Shown: positions 26,631 through 39,984, counted from the whole stretch's first letter. The stretch: DNA of 63,880 nt, filler included, from Phoronis australis (GCA_002633005.1; 4 parts of 4 records of this genome joined end to end with filler, not necessarily neighbours in it), one strand, 5' to 3'. Made by a program: numbers and translations. Notes: generated by a model not told the origin, from the sequence alone.

Positions 26631-26730
26631 NNNNNNNNNNNNNNNNNNNNNNNNNNNNNNNNNNNNNNNNNNNNTTAATTAATTAANNNNNNNNNNNNNN
26701 NNNNNNNNNNNNNNNNNNNNNNNNNNNNNN
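26631..26730. other. Artificial contig spacer (also 58591-58690 and 62630-62729)
   Basis: 100-bp N block with central TTAATTAATTAA (stops in all six frames), the same design three times. Confidence 0.95.
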
Positions 26731-27051
26731 CGCCCGTCCACTCCAAACCCACACAAATTTGGCTGCAGAGCGGTAGTATTTGTCGCCGCGCTTAACAACA
26801 ACACGAGCCGCCATTGAAAATCGGACCACGCTTTACCCAGATGCCCCAGCAATGTTGACAATTTACGTTCCTCCGAAAAAAAGACTTCCGCTTTCCGAGG
26901 TGAACGTCGTCTGCAACGCCGCGGTAAGAAAGGAATTTGCCGCGGAAATTTCATATCAAATCCGATTTTTTTTACGCGGAAATATAAAAAAAGCGGAAAG
27001 CACATTTCAAAAAAGCGGAAATCTGCGTTTCCGCGGAAAATTCCAAGCCCT
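26731..27051. mobile_element. Right end of an hAT-like MITE
   Basis: Clustered GCGGAA subterminal motifs ending in TTCCAAGCCCTG. Confidence 0.5.
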
Positions 27052-27583
27052 GATAGATACACTCCTAGCAAGAAATCATGTTTAAAGCCAATCTTCAACG
27101 GTAACACATGTACATGGGGTTCCTACAGTATGTTAAGAGCATCCCTCTGAGCCCGCTAGTGCCATAAATTGCCAAATGTAACGAACTGTCAGGCGCATTA
27201 GCTTGCTTTTGTCTACCTTCACCACGACAATCACCTTTTAATTCAAACAGCTACGAATAACACCCGCACGCAATGGTGTTCTATTCAGGCACCTATTCAA
27301 TACAGAATTTTGTTGTTTGTGCTGGGATCTCACGGTGACGCAACAGGGCCAGAAATGGCAGCTTCACTTATCATTTGACGGGCTAACATTTGCGTGATTG
27401 AACTCGCGTTTTCTTATTTTACTAAGGCTTTGCTAGGACTTTCTGGTTAGCCCAATACATCTAAAATAACAAATTTCCATTGAAGTTAGTATTTTATGGT
27501 CTAGGAAGAGCATGGACACTTAATTCACCAAGCTTGAATAAACCTTACTGAGTACCATTAGCTTAAAGTACACAAGTTTATTT

Positions 27584-27935
27584 TAAGCTAAGCCAATACT
27601 ATTTAAGATAAGTCAATACTATTAAGATAGGCCTATATTATTTAAGATAGTCCAATATCATTTAAGATCTATCAATATTACTTAAGTTAGGCCAATACTA
27701 CATATGATAGGCCAATATTGATAGGTCAATATTACTAAAGATAGGCCAATATTATTCAAGGTAGACCAATATATTATTTAAGGTAGAACAACATTACTTA
27801 AGCTAGGCCAATATTACTCAAGCCTGGTCAATATAACTTAAGATGGGCCAATACTATTTAAGATAAGCCAATACTATTAAGATAGGCCTATATTATTTAT
27901 GCTTGGCCAATATTATCTATTCTCGGCCAATATCA
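27584..27935. repeat. 20-bp minisatellite (consensus TAAGATAGGCCAATATTATT), ~17 diverged copies
   Basis: Direct reading of tandem units. Confidence 0.9.
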
Positions 27936-28103
27936 TAAACTTTCTGAAATACCTTATTCAAATTTTCACACCAAGCTCAAACAACGTTGCTCCCAATAAT
28001 CCAGACGTCTTTTGGTTTAGCATATTGAAGTGTATTGTGCAATAAATACAAGTTCATTTTGACCATTTTATCAACAAGATTAAAAATTACAAGAAAAGTT
28101 TAC

Positions 28104-28133
28104 CTTATAGTTGGCATGATTAGCACTGTTTAG
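28104..28133 (-). CDS. Mucin-like gene, candidate 30-nt exon
   Basis: gacag|CTA AAC AGT GCT AAT CAT GCC AAC TAT AAG|gtaaac, phase 0-0 (LNSANHANYK). Confidence 0.45.
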
Positions 28134-28363
28134 CTGTCACCAAACATTTGACAAAATTTGGCATACTGATGCAGCAATGTAGCAAGCATTTATACTTGAA
28201 AAGCATCAATATCAGCAATCCTTTTCGTCTTTGAAAATGGACATTAAAGCGCGTTTCAAACTTTCGAGGGCTGGCAAGGGTAAAGTCTTTTATTCAGCAT
28301 TTTAACTAATCCAGAAATAATGAACATTAGCCAACATCGGGCAAACAAAGAAAAAATCCTTAC

Positions 28364-28420
28364 ATCATCCTCTGACTTGGAACCAGGCTTCCTCACAACA
28401 ATTCTGACACTGTGTTTTTC
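28364..28420 (-). CDS. Mucin-like gene exon
   Basis: ttttttatttgcag|GAA...GAT|gtaagg, 57 nt; only phase 0 is open. Encodes EKHSVRIVVRKPGSKSEDD. Confidence 0.7.
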
Positions 28421-29181
28421 CTGCAAATAAAAAAGAAGTTAAAATTCCAGACACGGATTTGTTGTTTAAACATCTCGTGTTGCTACACAAGATAGTTTGA
28501 GCACATTCACTGTCTTGGCATTTTCCACACTAAAGATAGGCACTTTAAACAATCAGCGGATTTTGACAAAAAATTCATAAGCCATAATTATTGGATCAAT
28601 TAACAGCACCTATGGATCTGCAAGTTGTGCAAGTCTGCAAAGCACTTGAAGCAGACTGACTTTCAGCGTGACAAACTGCCCAACACAGCATGCATGCTGC
28701 CCAATGTTTTACACACATGCCTACCATCAGAAAAGAAAGACTTGTAAAACAAGTCAAACATTATGAAATGGTGAGCAAAATAATGATCAGCAAGTCTCAG
28801 ATTAATTAATGTTAAAGTCAATGTTCTGACGCCAATCCGATGAGTTTCCTAATGAAAAATGGTCACATCGGACAACAGGGGCCATGACCAGGAAGTGACT
28901 ACCAATATGGACCGTGTCGTGTGCCCACATGAAATCAAAATTCCTCTACCCAGGTCATCTCAATCTCACAACATCAGTGGACCACAGAGTGAAATCGTTT
29001 GATACTGATACTGGTCAGCAGTTCCTTGATGACCAGCAGATTGCCACCTGCTTCCAAATATGGCCACTACATCCAATCCAAAAAAAATCACCCAGTCCTG
29101 CTTGCCCATCAGGATAGAGCTCAAATCTGCAGGAGGCACCACCCAACATAACACCTCAGCAGAAACACTGCTTATACTAAC

Positions 29182-29267
29182 ATGCTCTTTGCTGACAGTG
29201 GGCGCCACTTTAGGAGGCACAGGAGTGGTCTGTATTGTGGTGACCTTCAGTGTAGGGGAGCTGGTGT
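29182..29267 (-). CDS. Mucin-like gene exon
   Basis: ttttgcag|AC ACC...CAT|gttagt, 86 nt, phase 1-0. Encodes DTSSPTLKVTTIQTTPVPPKVAPTVSKEH. Confidence 0.72.
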
Positions 29268-31420
29268 CTGCAAAACGGAATGAGAACTGATTCAATGGAA
29301 CATTACAACAACCAGACGAGGTCCTACACTACACAGAATGCAAGACAGTTTTTGCCTAGTGTTTTTCGTAGTGACAATTGCTCGCATTTCAACAGGAATG
29401 CACAACTCACGAAATTCGCTGAAGTGGCAACACGGATAGAATTAACCAGAAGCCCATCAAAATGCCGAAAATCAGGTACGTGTGGAATTTCAAGCAAACA
29501 CATGTTCATAATTGCTGACAAACTGCTGCTTTGACTTACTGAGTAGTCTATTATCCCAGTAGATATACTTTAGGAATACCGAATGGCTTCAGCTGTTTGG
29601 TTTAAGCAGGTGATGCAGTCGCTTTCAACAATAAAAAAACGGTAATTAAATTAATTAAATTAATGTATCTACTGCGTGCATGCAATGTTGTTGAAAGCTG
29701 GGTGAAAAGTAGTCCACCAAAGAGGAGCCATGATTGCATTTCACTTATTCAAGCTCTACATATGCAGGACTTTATTCACGTCATTTTCTGTATCTCAGCT
29801 TGTGGTTTTGGGTAAATGTATTTCTAAATGTAACTCAATATTTGGTACATTGCAGTTAGAACACAATATGGCGGGACAGAAAATTTTGTATATTACGAAA
29901 GTTTTGTACAAGAGTAAACAGGAAGACAATTTTGCTTGATTGGCTGTCAGCAACAAACACAAGATTAAATTTTGAACATTTTTGGCAATACAGGGAGTGT
30001 TTGAAAATTAAAAAATGGCAATTTCTGTTAAACTTTAAGGACGTTTCATCGTACTCAACATTTAAGTATGCCACTGTGTCCCTATAAGCTTCCTGTAGTC
30101 ATCAAGAGACTTCAGACATCAACCACAAGGAAGCACTCTACATACAACTCTTTACTGTTACGAGATTACAAAAGCATCTGTCCTTGACCCTATTTTAATT
30201 CAGGTGTGTATGTGATGGGCAATTTCTATCATTTACAGACATTTCGCAGCATTGGGACAGTTTTGTATGAGGCATTTGAATAGAGGAAATTAGACAGCAG
30301 GACAATAGAAAAGTTATACGAATTGCTCGACAACCTCACTGCAATAGATCATCACTCAATACAGGTCAGTGTTACTCTCTATCTCCACCTAGTGACAAAG
30401 TGGATTTCATCACAATGCTGCTATATTGGAAAATGGCTATTGGCATTTGTAAGCTCCCCCCCCCTCCTTTACTGTCACACACAGCACAGATCAGCCAATA
30501 CCTTGTTGTGTAGATAGTCTGACATCTTGCTGTGTTGTTGGACCCTCAGTAGTAACCATGGTGTCCTCAACTGCCTGAAATATGGCGATATAAACTGGTA
30601 TAAATAAGAAAGGCAAGTCTGCTGCATAGACTCATCATCAAGTCTGCAGTCACTCATGAGACACTTGCAGCAGGGGGTCTTCCTTTACACAAGAGGGAGT
30701 GAGTTAAGTTTCAGTGATTACAAATTCCTACGCCTGCAATCCAACACTTATTGCATGATCACTGGCAGTGGAAGCCATCTTGTTAGTACTACGAGAACGT
30801 CAGCAACACGTCACATACTTTTGATTTTCAAGGCAAAAACAGCTTCACTACCATTGAACTGGACATAAGAATGTCTGCCAAAAATTCAAATGTTGGGTTA
30901 AAAACATCTAAAAATGGTGCGATTTGCCTTCAAATGCGAAAATACCGTCACAATAAAACCAGATATCCTTCCATCACAAAAAATGTTCGACATAGCCCTT
31001 ACAAAAATGAACTTGAGTTTTTCGCTGAAAACTTAAGTGTTTGGAAAATAATTAAGTTTTAGAGGAAAAACTTAAGTTCTTCTGAAAAACTTAAGTATTT
31101 CAGCACAATGTTAAGTTTTTCAGAGAACTTAGGGTTTTCAGAAATCTTAAGCTTTTTCAGATGTAAAACTTAAGTTTTCACAAATAAACTTAAGTTTCAA
31201 GTAATAACTTAAGTTTTCATGAAAACTTAAGTTTATCACAAAACTTAAGTTTTTGAAAACCTTAAGTTTTTAGAACTTATGTTTTTGAAAACTTAAGTTA
31301 TGAAATCTTAAGTTCGTTTCAAAAAACTTGTTCCAAAATACTTAAGTTTTGGCCAAAAACTTAAGTTTTCGTGCATGAAAACTTAAGATCTTCAGATCAA
31401 GTTTTTCAATGAAAACTTAA

Positions 31421-32533
31421 AGGCTAATGCCACCCGATTTAATTAGTCTTTTTTACCGTCTTAATCGGTCTGGGGCCACATCGGCTCGTACACGGTCGAC
31501 CTTACCTTGCCGAGAGGTGTCGCGTTAGCCTGTGAGGAAGGTGAGAAAGTCCGCAGCGACGTCAGTGGTTCGTATGCAGAGTGAATTCCGCCATGGTGTG
31601 GTGTGTCGTTCCTGCCTGTTCGAACTATGAAGCGGCGAGGAAAGCGGGTACATCGTTTTTTCGATTTCCTCGAGAGCCCGAAATGTTTCGGAAGTGGCTC
31701 GCGGCAATGAAAAATGACAAGTACGGAGTTCATACCAAGTACGAGGCCGTGAAACATCTCCGTGTCTGTGTCCGACATTTCGTGGACAGTGATTTCACTG
31801 ACGAATTCCGGCTTGCCAAACAGCTCATGCCAGGGCAGAAAAAGCAACCGAGGCTGAAGTCAGATGCTGTGCCTATTGTGTTTGCGTTCGGCAGGCAGGA
31901 AGCAAAGAAACGTGGATCAGTTGTTTCCATTATGGTGCAGTTAGCGCACTGACACCATGAGACGGTTTTCGGAACTATCCATCTGCTCCATTGTTTGTGC
32001 ACGTTCACGGCGCCTCTCTAATACTTCTTGATCAGTGTACTCTAGCTGGTTCGAACTGATATCCTGAGAAAACTAACGATCTACCTGGGAAGTCTTCGTC
32101 AGATGAGTACTCCTCCAAGTCGGGACTGCGAGTTGCCATGTTGACGTTTATTACTAAGCGTTCTGTTTCAAAATGAATTATTCTCACCCTAACCAATACT
32201 TGTATATAAAACTGAAAGAAAGTGTGTCCCATTAGATGCAATTTGTAATGCCTTTGGAGTGTTCGTGAGTGCAAAAGATTTGAGAAGCCAGCAGTGAATA
32301 AATCACTGCGTTACCGGCTTTAGGTGCAATAAAACTAATTTGACCGGACACCGAGGCCGTGTGAGCGAAAGCTAATTCAGTGTTTGCTGACAGAATCTGT
32401 TGTGAAACAAGAACTCGATATTCCATCCCACGGCCAGGTGTTAGGGGAATCTTTAGTTACTTATACATTATTCAAATAATGATTGTCAATGTACAACTTC
32501 TGCCCTGGCGGTTCTGTGGCCAAACGGGAACCT
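31421..32533 (+). mobile_element. Kolobok-like transposon, internally deleted, right end lost at assembly break
   Basis: Begins TTAA|AGGCTAATGCCACC; contains an intact THAP ORF and a convergent short ORF with a YQFEP motif. Confidence 0.7.
31593..31952 (+). CDS. THAP zinc-finger domain (transposase N-terminus)
   Basis: Kozak context ccgccATGG. MVWCVVPACSN...SFFRFPRE...RKWL...LRVCVRHF...RLKSDAVPIVF has the full C2CH set, the P/W/F residues and the AVP box. Confidence 0.92.
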   Translation: MVWCVVPACSNYEAARKAGTSFFRFPREPEMFRKWLAAMKNDKYGVHTKYEAVKHLRVCVRHFVDSDFTDEFRLAKQLMPGQKKQPRLKSDAVPIVFAFGRQEAKKRGSVVSIMVQLAH

Positions 32534-33015
32534 NATTTCTGTTCAATTTTAAGGATGTTTCATTGTACTCAACATTTAAGTATGCCACTGTGTCCCTATA
32601 AGCTTCCTGTAGTCATCAAGAGACTTCAGACATCAACCACAGGGAAGCACTCTACATACAACTCTTTACTGTTACGAGATTACAAAAGCATCTGTCCTTG
32701 ACCCTATTTTAATTCAGGTGTGTATGTGATGGGCAATTTCTATCATTTACAGACATTTCGCAGCATTGGGACAGTTTTGTATGAGGCATTTGAATAGAGG
32801 AAATTAGACAGCAGGACAATAGAAAAGTTATACGAATTGCTCGACAACCTCACTGCAATAGATCATCACTCAATACAGGTCAGTGTTACTCTCTATCTCC
32901 ACCTAGTGACAAAGTGGATTTCATCACAATGCTGCTATATTGGAAAATGGCTATTGGCATTTGTAAGCTCCCCCCCCCTCCTTTACTGTCACACACAGCA
33001 CAGATCAGCCAATAC

Positions 33016-33088
33016 CTTGTTGTGTAGATAGTCTGACATCTTGCTGTGTTGTTGGACCCTCAGTAGTAACCATGGTGTCCTCAACTGC
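33016..33088 (-). CDS. Mucin-like gene, 73-nt exon (identical duplicate at 30502-30574)
   Basis: tttcag|GCA...CAA G|gtattg, phase 0-1, encodes AVEDTMVTTEGPTTQQDVRLSTQQ. It supplies exactly the phase change needed between the flanking exons. Confidence 0.8.
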
Positions 33089-33523
33089 CTGAAATATGGC
33101 GATATAAACTGGTATAAATAAGAAAGGCAAGTCTGCTGCATAGACTCATCATCAAGTCTGCAGTCACTCATGAGACACTTGCAGCAGGGGGTCTTCCTTG
33201 ACACAAGAGGGAGTGAGTTAAGTTTCAGTGATTACAAATTCGTACGCCTGCAATCCAACACTTATTGCATGATCACTGGCAGTGGAAGCCATCTTGTTAG
33301 TACTACGAGAACGTCAGCAACACGTCACATACTTTTGATTTTCAAGGCAAAAACAGCTTCACTACCATTGAACTGGACTTTCTTTAAAGTGCGCATAAGA
33401 ATGTCTGCCAAAATTCAAATATTGGGTTAAAAACATCTAAAAATGGTGCGATTTGCCTTCAAATGCAAAAATACCGTCACAATAAAACCAGATATCCTTC
33501 CATCACAAAAATGTTCGACATAG

Positions 33524-33910
33524 CCCTTACAAAAATGAACTTGAGTTTTTCGCTGAAAACTTAAGTTTTTGGAAAATAACTTAAGTTTTAGAGGAAAAAC
33601 TTAAGTTCTTCTGAAAAACTTAAGTATTTCAGCACAATGTTAAGTTTTTCAGAGAACTTAGGGTTTTCAGAAATCTTAAGCTTTTTCATATGTAAAACTT
33701 AGGTTTTCACAAATAAACTTAAGTAATAACTTAAGTTTTCATGAAAACTTAAGTTTTTTGTACTAACAAAACTTAAGTTTTTCTGATAACTTAAGTTTAT
33801 CACAAAACTTAAGTTTTTGAAAACTTAAATTATGAAATCTTAAATTCGTTTCAAAAAACTTGTTCCAAAATACTTAAGTTTTGGCCAAAAACTTAAAACT
33901 TTTGTAAGGG
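33524..33910. mobile_element. Complete CCCTTACAAAA...TTTTGTAAGGG element filled with AACTTAAG repeats (counterpart copy at 30996-31420)
   Basis: 11-bp TIR at both ends; interior made of palindromic AAAACTTAAGTTTT units; same family as 7999-8310. Confidence 0.85.
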
Positions 33911-34205
33911 AACTGCCCACTTTTATGAAAGTGGTTTCAAATTTTTCCTTTATCAATTATTTCAGGGCTTCAAAATTGGCAGATTATTAGTTCGAGACTA
34001 GGCTCTTTGAGTCTCACCGTATGCCGAGGATTAATTTCAATAACGACCAATTGACAGTCTTTTGCAAACACATAAATTATTTCTCATCCGAGCAAAAAGA
34101 TATTAGACCAACTTTACTGTCACAGTGGTCAGTAGTAATCTACTGAATCAAAAAGTTTACTCCTGACATAACGCAGGTATATACCCACTTTGAAAGAAGA
34201 CATAC

Positions 34206-34891
34206 CGGAGTGGTTTCCATAACCTTGATAGTAGATGTTAATTCAGGAACAGCAGTCACAGCAACAGTTGTCTCGGCAACAGTTGTCTCAGCAGTAGTTA
34301 TCTCTTCAATAGTAGTCATAGCAATCACTTTTGAAGCAGTAGTCGTATGCGCAACAGTAGTTTCGTCAACAGTCGTCTCTGCATTTGTAGAGGCAACAAG
34401 GGTCGCTACCGAAGTAGTAGTAGTTGCAGCAACGGTCGTCTCGGTAACTGTGGTCGGCTCAGCGACTGTGGTTGGGGCAACGGTCATCTCGGCAACTGTG
34501 CTTGGGGCAACGGTCGTCTCGGCAACTGTGGTAGGTGCAGCGGATGTCTCGGCAACTGTGGTAGGGGCAGCGGTCGTCTTGGCAACTGTGGTTGGGGCAG
34601 GGGTCGTCTCGGCAACTGTGGTTGGAGCAGCGGTCGTCTCGGCAACTGTGGTTGAGGCAGCGATTGTCTCAGCAACTGTGGTTGGAGCAGCAGTTGTTTC
34701 GGCAACTGTGGTTGGAGCAGCAGTTGTCTTGGCAACAGTAGTCGCAGCAGCAGTTGTTTCAATGGCAGCAACAGTCGTCTTAGCAACAGTCGTCTTGGCA
34801 ACAGTTGTCATAACAATAGGTGTTTCAGCAACCGTCGTCGTGGCAATAATTGCAACTGGGGTTGTTGCAGACTGTTCATTTCTTGTAGCAA
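34206..34891 (-). CDS. Mucin-like gene, Thr-rich tandem-repeat exon
   Basis: tttctgtag|TT GCT...CCG|gtatgt, 686 nt, phase 1-0; 30-bp units encoding TTVAETTAAP. Confidence 0.88.
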
Positions 34892-37661
34892 CTACAGAAA
34901 TACAGAATAACAGACTTAGCAAGATGTCACTGCAGTCAGTGATTAAACATTTCAACAGTTTACGCTTTCCAGTGCTAGGTTTCACAATTAAATGCTTGTT
35001 ATCCACAACAAATATGATTGACACAAGTTAACTCAAATGCTACCACGTCACGAACCGATAAATGACACACCCAACAACAGGTGGAACTACTGTTCCCTTG
35101 ATATTGATGGAGTCTAAACAATTCCTAACAAAAATGTCCAACTTGTATTTTTCAAATTTCAAGAGCTTTTAACATTGTTGTGATATCCGAAAATTTTCTT
35201 TAAGTGTCTGATGGTAACAACAGAACATAACCTAAGCACAATTTCCATGACACTTTTGCCTTATTTATGAAAGTGACAAATAAAATTTCATTTGACCGCC
35301 AAAACGTGCCTTTAACAGTTGATTACAGAAACAGGTGCCACTCAAGTTGAAAATATATATGTATACGAAGTTACTACAGCAACATTGATAGCGCTGCAGC
35401 AACAGTTGCTATGGTGACAAAATTTCACCAACGACAGAAGACACTGCTAAGTGGCCGAAAAGTGAGGAACCGGAACTCGTCCCCATGAAAAGCTGGGAGC
35501 ATTAAAAATTAGCATAAACACATAGCTTGGCTATTCAATGGAAAGATGTAATGAATTGTACACAAAAAATTGACACCGATTCTTATTACACCGATAGCTA
35601 TTTATTTGAAATGAACATCAGCGTAGCTTTCCTTGTCTTCAATTTTTTTGCTCCTTTGATCAAAATCTAATATTAAGTATTTACAAAGTAAACCAAAGCA
35701 ATAAGGATAGCAAATAGATGAACTTAGATCAACGGTAGTCAGTTAGACCATGGGATTCTACAAAGCTTGGGATTGAAGTGCCACAGGCAAAGAGTTTTTA
35801 GTGGCAAGGACCGCAGAGAAAATTAACAGCCTAGAACTAGATTAGTCAGTCCTGGCAAGGGAGAGGCAGCTAATAAGTCTAGGTCAAAGGTCAGAGTGGC
35901 ACTTAAAAACCATAATTTAATGCCAATTAAGAGTATCTTTGGTCACATTGGCCTGAAGTATTGCAGGCTACCTGCTGCAGACTCCACTGTTTAACCAGAA
36001 TGTATTTGACCTTAATTAAAAGACACTACTTCGACAATACTGTATTGATCCAACAGGGACCATTAGGATCACCCAAGTCCATCCTGTTCAAACACAATTA
36101 ATTCCAAGCAACAGTGACAACAACGCTACAGAAACTTAAGTTAGTTAAACTTAAAAAAGAACACAGATGACAGCTACAACACACCACGGCCGACGTTCTT
36201 CAGTTGCTACATTCTCCCTAATACGCATCCGGGTCATACACCCTTTATTTGATCGCTGGAGACAAAAAATGGGGTTGGGAAATGCAAACAATTGCGTTAG
36301 AAAATCCAATGCCCCAAACTGTTGTGAAATTAAAACTTCCATCACACAAACGCAGACTAGAACTGCTCCCTGGCACACATTTGACATTCGCTAATTAGGC
36401 CGAGACTATTCACATGTTGTATCACCCAATATTCATGGTTATCTTCACCACCCACATTTGATCAACTCCTGTAATACAGCGCCCAATCAAACCCCACTCA
36501 GCATCTTATTACCACATCACAGTATGGTGCACATCCCATTATTGGTATTTAATTCATTACGAGCACTCGCCCATTGCTTGATTTCCTGTTGTGATGACAA
36601 AAGTCAAGTAACTGAAAATGGTGTCAACTGCACCGCAAACCAAAATTTGCTCTAAAACACACAAGTGGATACATAACTGGGCATGGCTAGTTGGTTATTT
36701 AGACAAGCCTACTTTTTAACTGGGCATTCCTTCCACTTTGGTGTATTGATATCAACTGATGACATCAGCATACCTCAAACCCAACAGATGTCAACGATTA
36801 ATCCTCTTATCTGATCCAATCGAGGACTTTTCGGATTGGCGCTTTCTGGAGTAAGGAGTGGACAAACGGGGCTTCCAACTGATCCTGACTTAGATTTAGC
36901 AATTACTACATAGCGGTTTATTAATTTAAAAGCAGAGTATCAATTCCACTATCAGCCCCATCCACTGTTTGATTTCAATAGTTTAAGTTCACTGATTGTT
37001 GTGGATATTTCTTCGAGGTGGGAAATTTATGGAACACGATGTTCTTGCTCATCCCTTCATATTTTTAAAGACTTGCCTTTTCCCGTAAGACATTAATGCA
37101 CAGCACAGCACAGCACAGCAGTGGAAATTTCCGAACATTACAATGGCAGCAAAAGTGTTAAAAAGGTGGAAACCTCCCGTCCACATTACACGTCACCTGT
37201 AGGGGGTGCTGAACGCTTGTCCACCAAAGACCTGATCGCAGTCTGGCAGCTTAGTGAATATGAATATGCCGCAGCTATTTCGAAAGTTGTCCATTGTTTA
37301 CTGGATGAAAACATTGCGAGCTCCATAGCAAGTCTCCACTTAAGTGCATTTGTAAACTAAGGCCACTACCATNAGACACAACAACAGGTTTACAACGGAC
37401 ACAAGTTTTACAGCAAGGTTAATCCTACTCTAGTACAACAGAATTTACCAGCCCATGTACATACCATCTGCCACAAACCTGGATTGCACATTCATGTTAA
37501 GAACTGCCAAAAGGATGTAATTAACACACAACTACAAAGATAACACTAAACAAAAACTACATGAAAATCTCACCACCATTGGACAAATTAATAATTGTCA
37601 AAAATTGCTCTTTTCATTTTTCAGATGCTTGTAACAATTTTGCGTATACTTACAATCTTCC

Positions 37662-39100
37662 AAACTAGAGCAGTGCAAAGCGCTGAAATGAAATTGTGCC
37701 GATGGTGCACAACCAAATTCTTATTTTTAAAAACGGTTTACAACGTAACACGATAACAAAATAATGATGACGCCCTTTATTCACTTTAACGATATCGACA
37801 CTATCACGTGACATGTGAGCATGCGCAGTTAGTAACAACACTCAAAAACAGTGGAACATGTGCATAACGTCAAAACACTCGTGAAAAAGCACCCAAAACT
37901 GCACCGCTTCTGGGAGTTGTATCACAAAAATGGTCACTAGAGGGTGCACAATATGTCCTTTCGACAATAGAAAGGTGTTATTGTGTTTTACTAATAGAAT
38001 CTTGTTTGCCTATTTTCATGAAAATATAACATGGAACTCCAGAAACATAGGTAAAAGAAAATGAAATGGCCAGTAGGTGGCACAGCGGTTGTAGGATTCG
38101 TCTGAAAGAAGTTATCTGTTTCCACGTTCACAGTAATACGCTCGCCCCTTTTCACAAATTATCTGCAACTGGTTCCGGAGATAACTGCATGGATGTAAAA
38201 CAATTGCCACTAGGGGGCACCACATCACTTGGACCCATTTCACGTCAACGTCAAACATGGCCTTCTCACCAAGAACACATAAACCAATTTTCATAATGAT
38301 TCCTTGAGTGTTCTGACAGGCAGATGCCAAAAACAGACACGTCAACAATAAAAACAGACACATCAACAATAAAAACAGACACGTCAACAATAAAAACAGA
38401 CACGTCAACAATAAAAACAGCCACTAGATGGCACATAATACATCGAATCCATCCAAACATAGGAAGGGATTGTTGGCTCCATAATAAAAATGAAATTAGC
38501 AAATTTTATGAAATTTATGACGAAACTCTGGTGATCCAAGAGGTAAACGTAAAAATAAAACTGCCACCAGGGAGCACAGCGGTAGGCTGATAAGCCAAAA
38601 AGTTTTTGTCAGCCATTACCACACTTGACAAACTTCACAAAAATCCTGCTTCCAAGGGGCTAAGAGGAAACCACTATGGTCTCCTCAGCATGAATAATTA
38701 TTCGCAAACAGCAAACAAACAAGACTTGTAAATAACAGCAATGGTCACTAGGTGGGACAGAATATGTCAAACTGATCTGAAAATGGGAAGTCGTTATCGT
38801 CTCCTAAACAGAAATGATTTGCCAAATTTCATGACAATCCGTCAAAGGATTCTGAAAACACAGAGGCGAGCATAAAATAATAAAATTGCTACAAGGGGCA
38901 CAGCAGTAGTCAGATCCTTCTGAAAGTCTTCATTCCTCGTCATCTCCATGGATACAATCAAATCTGCTCACTTTCAAGGCATGAAGATCATGTAGGGGGT
39001 TTTGGAGGTACAGAATGGCTGTCGGACAACGGACACAGATAAGGGCAATGTGTGACCACAATACACAGACACAGTGTATCATGGCAGCTATAATACAAAA
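37662..39100 (+). mobile_element. HINE/DINE-1-like element with internal ~140-180-bp subunits
   Basis: Starts aaactagagc...tgaaatg; subunits contain ccactagrkggcac and aaatttcatgaaaat; ends cggacaacggacacaga...ataatacaaaa. Confidence 0.6.
38329..38420. repeat. 21-bp minisatellite x4 (AAAAACAGACACGTCAACAAT)
   Basis: Direct reading. Confidence 0.9.
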
Positions 39101-39984
39101 CTCGAACATGGAAAAGCATTAATTTGGTACAGAACTTGTGTTGAGATTATGAATTAATACTTGTCCTTCGTATTTTAGCCTTATTTGGTGAGATTTTATT
39201 ACACACAAGTGATTAATGGCTGACACTATACAATACAATACAATTTTCACACATTTTCAAATGATGTTAGTCAAGAAGATCACCAGATTATAAGTTACAA
39301 TTAACACAAAGACAACACAAGTGCATCGCATCATAATCCCACCTTTACAGAGGAGATATCTTCCCTTGTACTTTAAGACTTCAAAAGCTTAATTTACAGT
39401 AAAAGTCTTCAATTGGGACAAAAATAACTGCCAAAATTGCCATATTTCAGCCTTTCAGAGGCTTACCACATTATTACAAATGCTCAAAATTTATCCAAAT
39501 GTTGTTAGATAATAGTTATGCCATACAAATCATGCTAAAGGCATTTAAGTAACTTTTCATGAAATTTTTGTTGAGAAATTTCCCAAAGCGACCCAAACTG
39601 AAGAATTTTAACAGTAAATTTACTTTGAATGTCCGCAAATAACCTAAAAAGTCATATTTTTGTGTGAAATAAAACAGTCCGTCTGTTTAAAAATTAAAAA
39701 TCAGTAACAAAAAGCACACACGGCTCTTGTCATCAAAACACTGCCTGTTCTTGGTTTCACTCAACGCAACTTCACACTTAGAGGACTCATTTTGTGGCAA
39801 GCACCAAGAAGGCTATGACCACCATAGTTTCTGGCATATCTCCAATTAGGAACCTCTTTATAGCCCACACAGCCGAGAGACTATAAAGCCACAGAGATGT
39901 CATGCGAGAGGCAGAGAGGGTGGCTAGAAACAGTGGGGAGCGACACGAGCAGCGTGCATTCATACCTCGACAGAAGCGCCATAC

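Larger units (their letters stand above)
30021..33910. repeat. Near-identical duplication (offset 2514 bp) joined by a single N at 32534
   Basis: 30021-~31365 recurs at 32535-~33897 (ORF-track pair 30323/32837); 31421-32533 is unique to the first copy. Confidence 0.93.

Noticed and set aside
26675-26686. TTAATTAATTAA motif recurring three times
   Set aside because: Always centred in a 100-bp N block; an assembly linker, not biology. Adjacency across it should not be trusted.
27584-27935. Short repeat arrays as CRISPR (also the AACTTAAG and 148-bp arrays)
   Set aside because: No unique spacers between conserved repeats, no cas genes, eukaryotic context.
30502-33088. Mutually exclusive duplicated mucin exon
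   Set aside because: Copies are identical and lie in a block joined by a single N; better explained as uncollapsed alleles.
34210-35031. Plus-strand Val/Ala-rich ORFs (also 34347, 39897, 40569) and the alternate-frame minus ORF at 34484
   Set aside because: Antisense or alternate-frame shadows of stop-poor Thr/Ser repeat exons.
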